IMG/VR virus record: IMGVR_UViG_3300037722_001048
Span: 1-58,558 of that record
Source of the DNA: a virus
Taxonomy: Duplodnaviria; Caudoviricetes
Length of the DNA: 58,558 nt
Strand: one strand, 5' to 3'
The position numbers and the translations under genes were made by a program. Numbering within the stretch: position 1 is the first letter of the stretch; each line of letters opens with the position of its first letter. Shown piece by piece: positions 45,908 to 55,016 of this stretch. Under the pieces are notes generated by a model. That model had not been told where the DNA came from. It saw nothing but the letters and a program-made list of their open reading frames with translations, and did no database searches.

Positions 45908-47974
45908 TCAGTTCATATTAATGTAAGACTTAAGATCATAAACGACCGTGCCTAATGTCTGGAACACTTTCCGGACATTGCCGAGCAGAGTGCTGTACTG
46001 CTCACGTCCGTAGTATTCTTCCATTTCTTCCTTGTAGACTGCGAAAGAGAGGATCGTGCGGCCCAGCTGGGTCAGAGTATCGGAGAAGGAAGGGATCATA
46101 TCGACCAGCAACTCTTTAATGTCTTTATTGCCTGACAGAGAAGCCAGCATCCCCGTATCAAACATGTCCTCATCCCTAAGGCCCGCCGAGGCATTCATCA
46201 TCTGATGGTCGACATTAAAATCCTCCTCGAGAGCGCCCTGTCCTGGCTGCGACATGTAGCCCGTCGTGCCGAAAGAGTTGGCAGGGGTCTCGGCAGTCTG
46301 GTAAGGATCCATATTGGATTCCGGGACGAATGCCTGCTTACGGAACAGGATGACCTCGCGCTCGGAGAAGAGCTTCTCGGTAGCGACCTTATCCATGGCG
46401 TAGCGAGTGGCCACGTAGTGAGCCACTTCAGCCGCGTCCTTAAAGCTGGCAGTTTTCTTAGTCGAGGAATCGTTTAAGGAAAGCCCGGCACCGTTGTCAA
46501 TCAAACGGAGCTTGGGGGAAGTCTTCAACAGGAAGCTTTGCAGGGACGATATAGACTCAATGAAACGCTGGCTATTCTCCTTAACAAAGGTCACCAAGGC
46601 AGTCTTGGGGAAGACAACGCACTTAGGGTTGACCTGCAGGAATCCATTGTTCAAATGCTTGACGAACCCTATAGAGTTTTTGGTACCGTAAGGGTCTCCA
46701 TTTTTGAGGTAGATATCTCCCTCGATATTCTGAGAGATCAGGTCACCCCGGCGAACCGTTGAGTCAGACGGGCACTCAACATTGCAAGGATACCCGCCCT
46801 TGCCCTGATGAGAAACTTCCCGATCGCGGTACGTCTTGAAGTTGCCCGACTTGGTCGGGTAGAAGACCTGCAGGCTGTCATAGTACCCATCACCCTCTAC
46901 CGAGCTACTATTATCCTGGGAAGGGGTTCTGGTGACCCCCTTAATCTCCTCGGGTTTAACCACTCCCAAGGCAATCAGGTCCGAAGCCCAAACCCCATCC
47001 TTAAATTCGGAAAGAACGACACAGTTCTTGTCACCATACGATGTCCGGACGGTGCCATTCTCAGTCAGGATGGTGTTGCCGATCACCGCACACTTGACAG
47101 GTACAATCTCGGCACCCTGTAGCATCAGCAGATATGCCGTGCCGTACATCGGGTTGCTGTCATCCTTCTCAGTCAGCTGCAGCTTGGTGGTTGTCTCAGT
47201 TGCCAGCTTGGACGTGCTCAGGGCCCGGGTCGGTTCACCAGACGGACGAGTCGTAATCAGGTAGCCAGTTTTGAGGAGATCCGATTTCTGATCGGAAGAC
47301 AGGAGCTGAGAGACCTCCGAGGTTACCTCTGCCAGCTTAATCAGCTCAGGCAATTTCATCGTATCGCCACCGTCTTGAGCAGCCACCTTGGATTGAGTCG
47401 GCACCAGTTTACGGGCCAAGACTTCTACCGGGTAGAACTCGGCTACCTTAGCCAGCAGATCCGGATTACTTTCCAGATGTTTGGACAGAGCCAGCTTGGC
47501 TTTGTTGGGCAACGACTCCAGCACTGAGCTGTTGGATGCCAACACGATATTGGAACGACTGGGCGGGCGGAACATCCCCCGGAAGATGCTTTTTGTGCTC
47601 TCTACCATCGGGGCTTTTTTAGCCACCGTAGGTTCTCCGACAGAATTGGTCGAAAGAATGCGATCAACTTCGCCTTTTATCAACGGGTAGAGGGTATCCT
47701 CGACTTTGGAATAAACCATCTCGCAGGAAGCCACAGTCCCCTCAGCCAGAACAATCGGGACATAGACAACGTCTGCACCCTTCTGTACAATGAAGGCCCC
47801 CATCGCAAAACCGGTGTCAATGTCAGAATCAATCACCTTGAAAGTAACTAGATGATTCTGCAGTTGAGGATATTTGGATCTGAAGATGCTGAATGCCGTC
47901 TCACCAAACTTCTGGTTGAAACTCTGCATCTGGGGAGAAAGATCCTGGGCTTGTGTGATGTTATTATCGGGCAT
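45908..47974 (-). CDS. large head-associated protein with K-x-A motifs
   Basis: 688 aa; KVA, KLA, KTAS, KQA. Confidence 0.75.
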   Translation of the reverse strand: MPDNNITQAQDLSPQMQSFNQKFGETAFSIFRSKYPQLQNHLVTFKVIDSDIDTGFAMGAFIVQKGADVVYVPIVLAEGTVASCEMVYSKVEDTLYPLIKGEVDRILSTNSVGEPTVAKKAPMVESTKSIFRGMFRPPSRSNIVLASNSSVLESLPNKAKLALSKHLESNPDLLAKVAEFYPVEVLARKLVPTQSKVAAQDGGDTMKLPELIKLAEVTSEVSQLLSSDQKSDLLKTGYLITTRPSGEPTRALSTSKLATETTTKLQLTEKDDSNPMYGTAYLLMLQGAEIVPVKCAVIGNTILTENGTVRTSYGDKNCVVLSEFKDGVWASDLIALGVVKPEEIKGVTRTPSQDNSSSVEGDGYYDSLQVFYPTKSGNFKTYRDREVSHQGKGGYPCNVECPSDSTVRRGDLISQNIEGDIYLKNGDPYGTKNSIGFVKHLNNGFLQVNPKCVVFPKTALVTFVKENSQRFIESISSLQSFLLKTSPKLRLIDNGAGLSLNDSSTKKTASFKDAAEVAHYVATRYAMDKVATEKLFSEREVILFRKQAFVPESNMDPYQTAETPANSFGTTGYMSQPGQGALEEDFNVDHQMMNASAGLRDEDMFDTGMLASLSGNKDIKELLVDMIPSFSDTLTQLGRTILSFAVYKEEMEEYYGREQYSTLLGNVRKVFQTLGTVVYDLKSYINMN

Positions 47975-48518
47975 TCTGGTCTCCTAGTCCTGCATACACA
48001 TTACGCAGGGAATCCTGCTTGTCTCTATAGAGTTTATCGCCTACGTAAGCACCCCCTGCCAAAGCCGTGCCTTTCGTAGTCAACGACTTAATGGCGCCGA
48101 TACCCCGTGCCTGGTCAGCACCTAATCCAGAGCGAATTGTGGAGGTAATACCTTTAAAGGGAGCGGTGAACCTATTGCCCTTAGCCCATTGCTTCTGTAC
48201 AGAGCGGCCGTAGAGGCTTCCTACTGATTTAGGGGAGGAGAGGAGATTCTGACCCATCTGTTTAATACCCTGTACCCCGTGCCCCAGGGACGCTTTATAA
48301 TTGCCCAGGCCCCGGATCATCTGGCCCGCCAAGGCGGAAAGTCCAGCCTGCTTTTGCATTTTGTTTTTTAGATCGTTTTGTCCCACCTCAGACCAGGTAG
48401 GTTTCTCTGGGGAGTCGATGTCATGAACCGACATGCGATTGGTAATCTTATTAGCCTGACGCACTGCTTTGTACAGAGCTTCAGCCAGTGCTTCAGATTC
48501 TTGAGGAGTGACAGGCAT
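47964..48518 (-). CDS. basic glycine-rich internal virion protein (putative)
   Basis: QKQAG, ALAGGAYVG. Confidence 0.65.
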   Translation of the reverse strand: MPVTPQESEALAEALYKAVRQANKITNRMSVHDIDSPEKPTWSEVGQNDLKNKMQKQAGLSALAGQMIRGLGNYKASLGHGVQGIKQMGQNLLSSPKSVGSLYGRSVQKQWAKGNRFTAPFKGITSTIRSGLGADQARGIGAIKSLTTKGTALAGGAYVGDKLYRDKQDSLRNVYAGLGDQNAR

Positions 48519-48542
48519 TGCTGTTACCTTGTTGGGAGGTGT

Positions 48543-48580
48543 AAAACAAAGCCCCCTGGCTATTAGGGAACCGAGGGGGC
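48543..48580 (-). terminator. putative intrinsic terminator
   Basis: - strand GCCCCCTCGG...CCAGGGGGC TTTGTTTT. Confidence 0.55.
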
Positions 48581-48629
48581 CAAGTTTGTCCTGCTAGTTT
48601 TGCGAGTCTAAGTAAGTCGGAACGTGTCC

Positions 48630-49151
48630 TTACTTCAGACCTTTGATCTTAGCGAGAGCGCTGGGTTTGACTTCAGCGGCGGCTGCCACTTTTTCGGTCT
48701 TCATCAGGCCGGCCAGTACGCCTTTAACCAGGGCTGCTTCCTTAGCGTAGACTTCGTCGGTGATCTCACCGGCCTGCTTCATCAGCGTGAGTTCGGCGTA
48801 GGCATCCAGGCAATCCTGCTCAGTCACTCCGGCGGTCTTCTCGCCGTCTTTCTCATCTTTCTCGTCTTTCTCGTCCTTCTCGTCTTTCTCGTCTTTCTCG
48901 TCTTTCTCGTCTTCACCCCCACAACCGGCTTCAGCAGCCAGTTTGTCATACTCGGCGTAGATTACTTCCATGACTTCGGCGGTCTTGTCGAGGACAACAT
49001 CCATGTCGTAGGTGTCAGGAAGGGCAGCAGCAATAGCTTCCGCGATCTTGCCAAAATCCTCTTCCGAGGCAATCTTAACCAGGTCAGCTTCGGCCAGGGC
49101 AGCGAGAACGCCGTTGACTTCAGCGATTTTTACCATTGCGATCTTTTCCAT
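48630..49151 (-). CDS. acidic head-associated protein with EKD repeats
   Basis: MEKIAMVKIA, many K-x-A motifs; AAAGGAG RBS. Confidence 0.75.
   Translation of the reverse strand: MEKIAMVKIAEVNGVLAALAEADLVKIASEEDFGKIAEAIAAALPDTYDMDVVLDKTAEVMEVIYAEYDKLAAEAGCGGEDEKDEKDEKDEKDEKDEKDEKDGEKTAGVTEQDCLDAYAELTLMKQAGEITDEVYAKEAALVKGVLAGLMKTEKVAAAAEVKPSALAKIKGLK
48846..48912 (-). repeat. 9-bp tandem repeat encoding DEK
   Basis: About seven DEK/EKD units. Confidence 0.85.
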
Positions 49152-49208
49152 GATATGAAACTCCTTTGCGTTTTAGTCACAAGTAAGGACGGGTTGAGTG
49201 TTTCAACT

Positions 49209-49244
49209 AATAGATAATGGTCATTGAACTTAAAAAAATTAAGT
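49209..49244 (-). promoter_or_regulatory. putative late promoter ACTTAA-N18-CCATTAT
   Basis: - strand ACTTAAtttttttaagttcaatgaCCATTATCT. Confidence 0.65.
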
Positions 49245-49251
49245 AAGAAAA

Positions 49252-49599
49252 TTAAGTAAGGGATGGGGGTAACACTTTGTCTGCTCTTTGATAGATCTGT
49301 GGTAACTTCGAATTCAGTTTCATAGACTGGCCAAACCCTGCTGCACCACCAGCTATCATCCCCAGCATCTTCATATACTTGTTGCCTCGGAAGAGCTTAC
49401 TTGCCAGCCCCTCTCCTAACAAACTCCCCGCTGCGCCCCCTGCAGTTCCAACCACCGACCCAGTCAAAGATTGATTGCCGCTTGCCAGATCCATTCCCGT
49501 AATACCTAAGGTCAGGGGGTGTTTCATAACCCCCCCTAGACCCTTACCGAAAGACTTAACCGCTGGGGCTGCAAAACTGAATCCAGTCTTGGTGATCAT
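49252..49599 (-). CDS. MITKTG-family glycine-zipper protein
   Basis: GSVVGTAGGAAGSLLG, GMIAGGAAGFG. Confidence 0.7.
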   Translation of the reverse strand: MITKTGFSFAAPAVKSFGKGLGGVMKHPLTLGITGMDLASGNQSLTGSVVGTAGGAAGSLLGEGLASKLFRGNKYMKMLGMIAGGAAGFGQSMKLNSKLPQIYQRADKVLPPSLT

Positions 49600-49601
49600 A
49601 G

Positions 49602-50018
49602 TTAAGGGCCTACTATTTTCAGGATTACTGGGATGAGTATTGCATTAGCGACGGCTATTACTATTGCCACCTTAATAGTCGACCACGTTTTGTGGGTTTT
49701 TTTTGCCGGGTCATTACTCAACTCAGCCAGCTTCAGATTCATCGAGTTTTCAACTCTGACAATTTCAGCGGCATTGACCCGAGTCATAGTAGCTACTTGA
49801 TCAATCTCATAAGCCATACGAGTCATACTCTCCAGTACAACCTGATTCTTAACGCTGAGTTCAGCCAATTGGGTCAAAATAGCCAGCTGCTTTTCCTGGT
49901 TCTGGCGAAACCCGATCACTTCAGCTTGAATGCCGTGTAGTACTTCAGTAAGGGCCCGGTCTTGGGCCGTGAGGGTTGCTATAGAGGCTTCTTGTCGGCA
50001 GGGTTCACTCATCGGCAA
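49602..50018 (-). CDS. coiled-coil protein with C-terminal TM helix (holin/XhlA-like?)
   Basis: IKVAIVIAVANAILIPVILKIV C-terminus; near the lysis genes. Confidence 0.55.
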   Translation of the reverse strand: MPMSEPCRQEASIATLTAQDRALTEVLHGIQAEVIGFRQNQEKQLAILTQLAELSVKNQVVLESMTRMAYEIDQVATMTRVNAAEIVRVENSMNLKLAELSNDPAKKTHKTWSTIKVAIVIAVANAILIPVILKIVGP

Positions 50019-50211
50019 TCCTAGGAGTAGTAAGGAGGAGTAAAAAAATCCCCTCCTCCGTAGAAGGAGGACTACGAAACGAGAAGGGGCAAGGCGTCGG
50101 GGTCATCGGGCTTAACTTTTCCAAACTCGGCACACTCCAGAGGAGTTATAATATAATGGGGTTTATGACTTCACTTTTTAATAACAAAAGATTAATTCTG
50201 TAAATAAAAAG

Positions 50212-50577
50212 TTAATAATTGACCCCTATGCCAAAAAAAGCCCCCACACGAACGCCGTAGTATCCGACCTTCTTTGTAATCCACCAACTGGTAGTCCCTA
50301 CGTCCTTCTGAAACTCCCCATCAGCCCACTTACGCTCCTTGCTGTTCTTGGCATTTTTACAACGCCAGTCGTGCCGGCAGCTGGCGATTGGGTGATTATG
50401 CCGAGGGAAGATGCCCTGGAACAGGGCCGGCACACTGGACCCGTCCCAGGTAAACTCGATAGGGACAAAATCCCCTTCTCCCGCAAAGTTTTTAGCAGGC
50501 AAGGGGGCGGTCAAAGCCCGGTTATTGGGCTGGTCTGGTACTGACCTCATATAAATGATAGTGCCGGAATGTGCCAT
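50212..50577 (-). CDS. DUF1353-like phage protein
   Basis: FTWDGSSVP, ASCRHDW, RKWADGEF, YYGVRVG. Confidence 0.65.
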   Translation of the reverse strand: MAHSGTIIYMRSVPDQPNNRALTAPLPAKNFAGEGDFVPIEFTWDGSSVPALFQGIFPRHNHPIASCRHDWRCKNAKNSKERKWADGEFQKDVGTTSWWITKKVGYYGVRVGAFFGIGVNY

Positions 50578-50579
50578 AA

Positions 50580-51014
50580 CTAAATCCTTCGTTTAGCCGA
50601 TTCGTTGATCCAGGTCAGCACCTTGGCCGCCTCCATGACTTGATCCGCAGGTCGGGAAACACCTCTGTCCGCCAGATAAGCTTCAATATCCAATCGAACA
50701 GCAGATACAAGGCCGTAGATAATATCGAGCTCCTCATAAGAAAGGGCGTCGGTATCGATCTGGGAGATAACATACTTCTCGAGATCCCCAACAGAAACGA
50801 TCTCTCTAGTATCCACTGCAACTAAGGCAGCCGAAGTAATGTTATAGGTAGGGCTAGCCCAAGTAGGGTGCTCGGTAAGAAAGCGCCCGACGGCAATGTT
50901 GGTAATGACGTGAACCATTTGCTCATTCTCTTGAACGAACTTATGGGTATTCGTGAGCACCGAACAGCCCATAACGAGCAGGGACAGAGTCAGTAAAATC
51001 ACAAGCTTCTTCAT
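50580..51014 (-). CDS. lipoprotein (lysis accessory/spanin-like?)
   Basis: Signal peptide MKKLVILLTLSLLVMG|C lipobox. Confidence 0.65.
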   Translation of the reverse strand: MKKLVILLTLSLLVMGCSVLTNTHKFVQENEQMVHVITNIAVGRFLTEHPTWASPTYNITSAALVAVDTREIVSVGDLEKYVISQIDTDALSYEELDIIYGLVSAVRLDIEAYLADRGVSRPADQVMEAAKVLTWINESAKRRI

Positions 51015-51217
51015 TTCACTCCACCTTTCTGATTCATCAGTTTTTTAACCCATTCAGGATCCTTAACCACTACCCCGACAAGCCCTACGGCTGCTCCGGC
51101 AACCAAGGCTTCCTTCGACCACTCGCCATTATAGGCCGTGTAAGCAGCGCCTGTGGCGGCCCCTGCGATAAGCCCGCCTACGGTTGTTACCAGGTTATTC
51201 ATGATACGTTTTAACAT
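51011..51217 (-). CDS. putative holin (two hydrophobic segments)
   Basis: 68 aa, two TM-like segments, KD motif, basic C-terminus; near the amidase. Confidence 0.5.
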   Translation of the reverse strand: MLKRIMNNLVTTVGGLIAGAATGAAYTAYNGEWSKEALVAGAAVGLVGVVVKDPEWVKKLMNQKGGVK

Positions 51218-51234
51218 CAGATACCCTTTCTCGG

Positions 51235-51471
51235 TTATAGAGGTGTTCCTTCTTCTTCTTCTTCTTCATCTTCGACTGTAGTAGTCACATACGTAGCATC
51301 CACGCAGTCCTGAGGGTAGGTTGCATCCTGGTACCCCAGAGTAGCTAAGGCTTCGGCAAAGGTCTTATAACTCTGAGCGTGCGCCAGTCTCAGCCCTTCG
51401 TTATCTCCAGACTCCATAATACGCTGAAGCATGTCCTCCTCTATCTTGTCAATCAGTTCGAATTTATCCAT
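51235..51471 (-). CDS. acidic hypothetical protein
   Basis: 78 aa, AAGGAG RBS. Confidence 0.6.
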   Translation of the reverse strand: MDKFELIDKIEEDMLQRIMESGDNEGLRLAHAQSYKTFAEALATLGYQDATYPQDCVDATYVTTTVEDEEEEEEGTPL

Positions 51472-51599
51472 CGCTACTTAGCTCCTTTGTCGGTTTCTCG
51501 ATACAAGGCACATAAATAAGTGCGCAAAGTGACGGCCTGGCAGAACAGGGTTGATTACAAACACCAACGCATTTCAGCTCTACAGATTTTTGTTCCTTC

Positions 51600-51821
51600 T
51601 TAGCCTCCATACACCTTCACTTTCTCGCAACAACTAGGCTGAGGGATAGATCGCATCGGCCAGACATCCGTCACATAATAAGGATGCTCCTGGTGCTGGT
51701 TAACTCTTTCCTGGAGGCGAAGGAGCTTCTCCTGCAATGCTATTACTTTTTCCTGCAGGTCCGTCTGCTCTCGAAGCAAGGCAATTACTTTCTGGGACTC
51801 AATTACAGACTGATTACCCAT
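51600..51821 (-). CDS. hypothetical coiled-coil protein
   Basis: 73 aa overlapping the amidase stop. Confidence 0.55.
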   Translation of the reverse strand: MGNQSVIESQKVIALLREQTDLQEKVIALQEKLLRLQERVNQHQEHPYYVTDVWPMRSIPQPSCCEKVKVYGG

Positions 51822-52389
51822 TGCAAATACTCTCCCGGGCTGTGATCAAAGCATCAGCGATCAGTCGACAGGCTTCTTCACGCTTGGTTTCAATCAGATC
51901 AAAATTGCAAACGAATTCAGGCTCGAGGATAATGGCAGGGCAGTGGGTTTTGCGGAGAAAGTAATCCAGGATCTCATCACCATCCACGTCGCCGGGATAA
52001 TCCACAATGCCCGGCAGGTCCATCTGGTACCAACCCTCTTTGGACCCACGGTCCGGCGGGAAGAGAGAAGCCATCTGAGCCTGTACAATATTGGAGATTG
52101 CCTGACCTTTGATCGAGCCGGGGCAGTACAGTATTTCGCTGCCACCACGCCCGTTGGCATTGAAATGAACCTCGGCGGCGATACTGACCCCGATAGTTTT
52201 GTGCGCTTCGTTGATGTAGCGGACTTTCCCGGAAAGCCCACCCGGAGGCACGACCTGGCTAGCCATACCTCTTTCCTGCAGGTAATAATGGATAAGCATT
52301 GCCCAGTTCAATGTTTCGGGGAATTCGGAGAAGCCTTTATGGGCCGCGCCCTTGGCTTTCTCGTTATGTCCAGCAGAAATAAGAATCAT
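51814..52389 (-). CDS. N-acetylmuramoyl-L-alanine amidase (Amidase_3) endolysin
   Basis: ILISAGH, SE, EVHFNA, PAIILEPEF zinc-binding motifs. Confidence 0.85.
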   Translation of the reverse strand: MILISAGHNEKAKGAAHKGFSEFPETLNWAMLIHYYLQERGMASQVVPPGGLSGKVRYINEAHKTIGVSIAAEVHFNANGRGGSEILYCPGSIKGQAISNIVQAQMASLFPPDRGSKEGWYQMDLPGIVDYPGDVDGDEILDYFLRKTHCPAIILEPEFVCNFDLIETKREEACRLIADALITARESICNG

Positions 52390-52422
52390 GTACGTGACGC
52401 TCCTTTGGTTAGAGGCCCCGGG

Positions 52423-53298
52423 TTAGGCCAGCCTGACGGTCTCAACATGTACAATCTCGCCGGCCTGTACGTGGACTTTGATGTAGCCAATTGGTGCTGG
52501 TCCGAACATACCTGCTTCGCTGTAACTAACTGCGTGGAGACCAGGGGCCGTGAAGGTATTAAGGAAGGAGCCGGAGCAGCCGTACCAGCGGAAGTTCTCG
52601 GGGATGAACGAGGAGTTCTGGGCAAAACGAAGTCCGTCATGAGCTACAACCTGGTTGTGGCCGTTGTCGGTGAGGTTGATTTCCCTACGGACGGTAGGTT
52701 CGGAAACAACCAGCTTATGGGTATGACCCATCGTCGCGTAGACCGAGTCCGACATACGGAGGTTACCCAGCTTGCGGCGGAGTGCGGCTTTTTGTCTCCC
52801 TTCGAGGCTGTCCAGGTCGGGAGCGGAGTTGGGGAGGGAGCCGCTACCGTGAGTGGCAAAGATGCGGAAAAGCAGATCTTTGTTGAGGTCTTTACAGATC
52901 AGCTTGTACGTATACCCTCCGTCCGGGCAGCCCAGCCGGTCAGCCAGGTACCGAGAGAAAGAGGCCATGTTTGCCAGGTGCATCTCGTGATTGCCGGCCC
53001 CTAGGGCCAGGATTCGGTCCTTAATACCCCAGAGATCCTTAATCAGGTTATCCGCCTGGTCCTGCGGAGTGAATATGTTCTCCCTGACTGCAGAAGAGCA
53101 GATATTGAATCTCTTGTCGTTCGGCAGAATAGAATCGAGATTGTCCCCCTTATTAAACATGAAGTGATTTGGCTTGGAGGCTACATCAGCAACCATCTGC
53201 CGAATAGCATCTCTGTTGCAATTCAATGCGCCGTAATGGAAATCTGACGTGTCAAACAGCACGCAGTCCCTCGGTATACTAGCTTGAATAAGTTCCAC
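52423..53298 (-). CDS. calcineurin-like metallophosphoesterase
   Basis: SDFHYG, GDNLD, GNHE, THG, MGHTH. Confidence 0.85.
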   Translation of the reverse strand: MELIQASIPRDCVLFDTSDFHYGALNCNRDAIRQMVADVASKPNHFMFNKGDNLDSILPNDKRFNICSSAVRENIFTPQDQADNLIKDLWGIKDRILALGAGNHEMHLANMASFSRYLADRLGCPDGGYTYKLICKDLNKDLLFRIFATHGSGSLPNSAPDLDSLEGRQKAALRRKLGNLRMSDSVYATMGHTHKLVVSEPTVRREINLTDNGHNQVVAHDGLRFAQNSSFIPENFRWYGCSGSFLNTFTAPGLHAVSYSEAGMFGPAPIGYIKVHVQAGEIVHVETVRLA

Positions 53299-53317
53299 TA
53301 CACCTCCTCCCTAGTAA

Positions 53318-53599
53318 CTAAACCCACTGTAGATATCTGTGGCGCCATTCTCGGCAATTCAAACATGTGGTAAATCCGTCATCTGCAAATTTGGTAAGAG
53401 GTCGATTACACGAAGTACATCGACCCTTCTGTATCCTACCTTGTTTATGCACTAAGCTTCTGCTGTTATGCAGAGTTCTGCAGCGTTCACAACGCACCCA
53501 AGGCCCTGCCGCCGGTTTTCCACAGTCAGCACAAAGGCCCCTCTCTTTGTATTCTTTTCTCCTACGTCTGAAATATTTAGCCGACTCAGTAAGTTCCAT
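53318..53599 (-). CDS. Cys-rich Zn-finger protein (start likely MELTES)
   Basis: CADC, CERC, CTSC, CLNC; a late promoter lies just upstream of this Met. Confidence 0.65.
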   Translation of the reverse strand: MELTESAKYFRRRRKEYKERGLCADCGKPAAGPWVRCERCRTLHNSRSLVHKQGRIQKGRCTSCNRPLTKFADDGFTTCLNCREWRHRYLQWV

Positions 53600-53618
53600 G
53601 CAATGAACTACCCTGTGC

Positions 53619-53651
53619 ATATAATGGTTAGAGAGGGGCAATATGTGAAGT
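53619..53651 (-). promoter_or_regulatory. putative late promoter ACTTCA-N18-CCATTAT
   Basis: - strand ACTTCAcatattgcccctctctaaCCATTATAT. Confidence 0.6.
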
Positions 53652-53699
53652 CATTATAAAAAAATAGTTGCAATCTGGTTAGGCACTGTAAATACCGGA

Positions 53700-55016
53700 T
53701 TAAGCTTTGGTACCGATTAATTTGCCGGCCCGGGGGTCAAAGTGGCTGACGGCTGCATCAAAGGAGGACCCGGCCGTAGACCCGGTCGGAACTCCGGGTA
53801 CACGCCAATCCCGGGTATTGACTTTGACGGTCTTCTTAATGGGTGGGGCTTTTTTCACCGACTTCAGCAGGTTACTCAACAGGCCTGCAGTCTTAGGGGA
53901 GAGCTCATCCCGTTTTTTCCTGCTGGCATGCAGAGCTGCTAACCCGGTTCCAGCTACAATGGCGGCTCCTGCGCCAGCGAGGTATTTGCCTTTGGGGGAA
54001 GCCTTCAGCGTGTTTAACTTGGATTTGTACTCCCCACCATTGAGCTTCCACTCCCGCTTGGCACGAAAGGCCTTATCCGCTTCCGGAATGGCCTTGCCCC
54101 CGGCTTTGAGGCTCTTGGCTAGTTGCTTGGTCAGTCGATCGATACTATCGGCGCTAGTCTTGGTAATAGGCATTGCATTATCCTTATAGCTAGTTGGCGT
54201 AATCCTACCTCGGTAAAAAGACATATAGTCCTGAGCCTGGGCTCTCACCTGATCGGCACCTTTTTTCTTCTTGTAGGCCGCGTACATGCCGATACCCGCA
54301 CCGAGTCCGGCACCGATTGCGCCTTTATTGGCACCTGTAAGCTTTGCAGCCATTGACGGGGGGAGACGATGTGCTAGAATCTGAGTAGCCACCGGGCCGA
54401 TAGCGGCGCCGGCTGCTCCGCCAAGGGCCATGTTCTTGGCAAGTTCGCCTCTTGGTGCAGGAGCCGCATCCTTGATTGCCTGCTGAGCCAGGCGGTGCCG
54501 AGCATAGACGACGTCCTTGAGATAGGGATTGTCGTCGGGATTTCCGCCGGCCCGGGCTCCAGGCAAAGCCCCACTGGCCAGAGTCGAATAAAGCAGCATG
54601 TCACTGGCAATTTTAGGCATGACAGGTCCCCTCGATTTTGTTTGTTTATACCTGGCCATCATCCCCCCGGATATGGCCCCGCCGGCCGCCATAGTCAATG
54701 GCATGCGGACCAGGTCCTTGCGGGACGACACGGAGGGAGCGAGATGATGCAGGAGCACGGACACCGGGACCGTAGTGACCCCGAGCTGCAGAGCCCGCTT
54801 CAGGGCCTGAGCAAGAACTTTGTCCTTACCCTGTTCCGACCCTGTTTTTTCCTGAGGAGCCAATTCTAGCTTCAAGGCTTTCAGCCTGGCCAGAGCCTTG
54901 TCCCTCTTCTTCCTATCAGCGTCCCTTGCCTTCCAGGTCCGGTAACCACCAATAGCGACATCGTCCCCGTAAAGTCCGAGCATAGTAAGGGCTGCGCCTG
55001 CAGACTTGGTGATCAT
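53700..55016 (-). CDS. MITKSA-family multi-module glycine-zipper internal virion protein
   Basis: Modules begin at TKSA, EKTG, PKIAS, ITKTSA, PKTAG; several glycine zippers. Confidence 0.7.
   Translation of the reverse strand: MITKSAGAALTMLGLYGDDVAIGGYRTWKARDADRKKRDKALARLKALKLELAPQEKTGSEQGKDKVLAQALKRALQLGVTTVPVSVLLHHLAPSVSSRKDLVRMPLTMAAGGAISGGMMARYKQTKSRGPVMPKIASDMLLYSTLASGALPGARAGGNPDDNPYLKDVVYARHRLAQQAIKDAAPAPRGELAKNMALGGAAGAAIGPVATQILAHRLPPSMAAKLTGANKGAIGAGLGAGIGMYAAYKKKKGADQVRAQAQDYMSFYRGRITPTSYKDNAMPITKTSADSIDRLTKQLAKSLKAGGKAIPEADKAFRAKREWKLNGGEYKSKLNTLKASPKGKYLAGAGAAIVAGTGLAALHASRKKRDELSPKTAGLLSNLLKSVKKAPPIKKTVKVNTRDWRVPGVPTGSTAGSSFDAAVSHFDPRAGKLIGTKA

Noticed and set aside
45908-47974. 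Portal protein call for the 688-aa ORF
   Set aside because: No portal features recognisable by eye. The portal may lie outside this window.
51943-53004. 353-aa + strand ORF
   Set aside because: Antisense to the amidase and metallophosphoesterase, which carry clear catalytic motifs.
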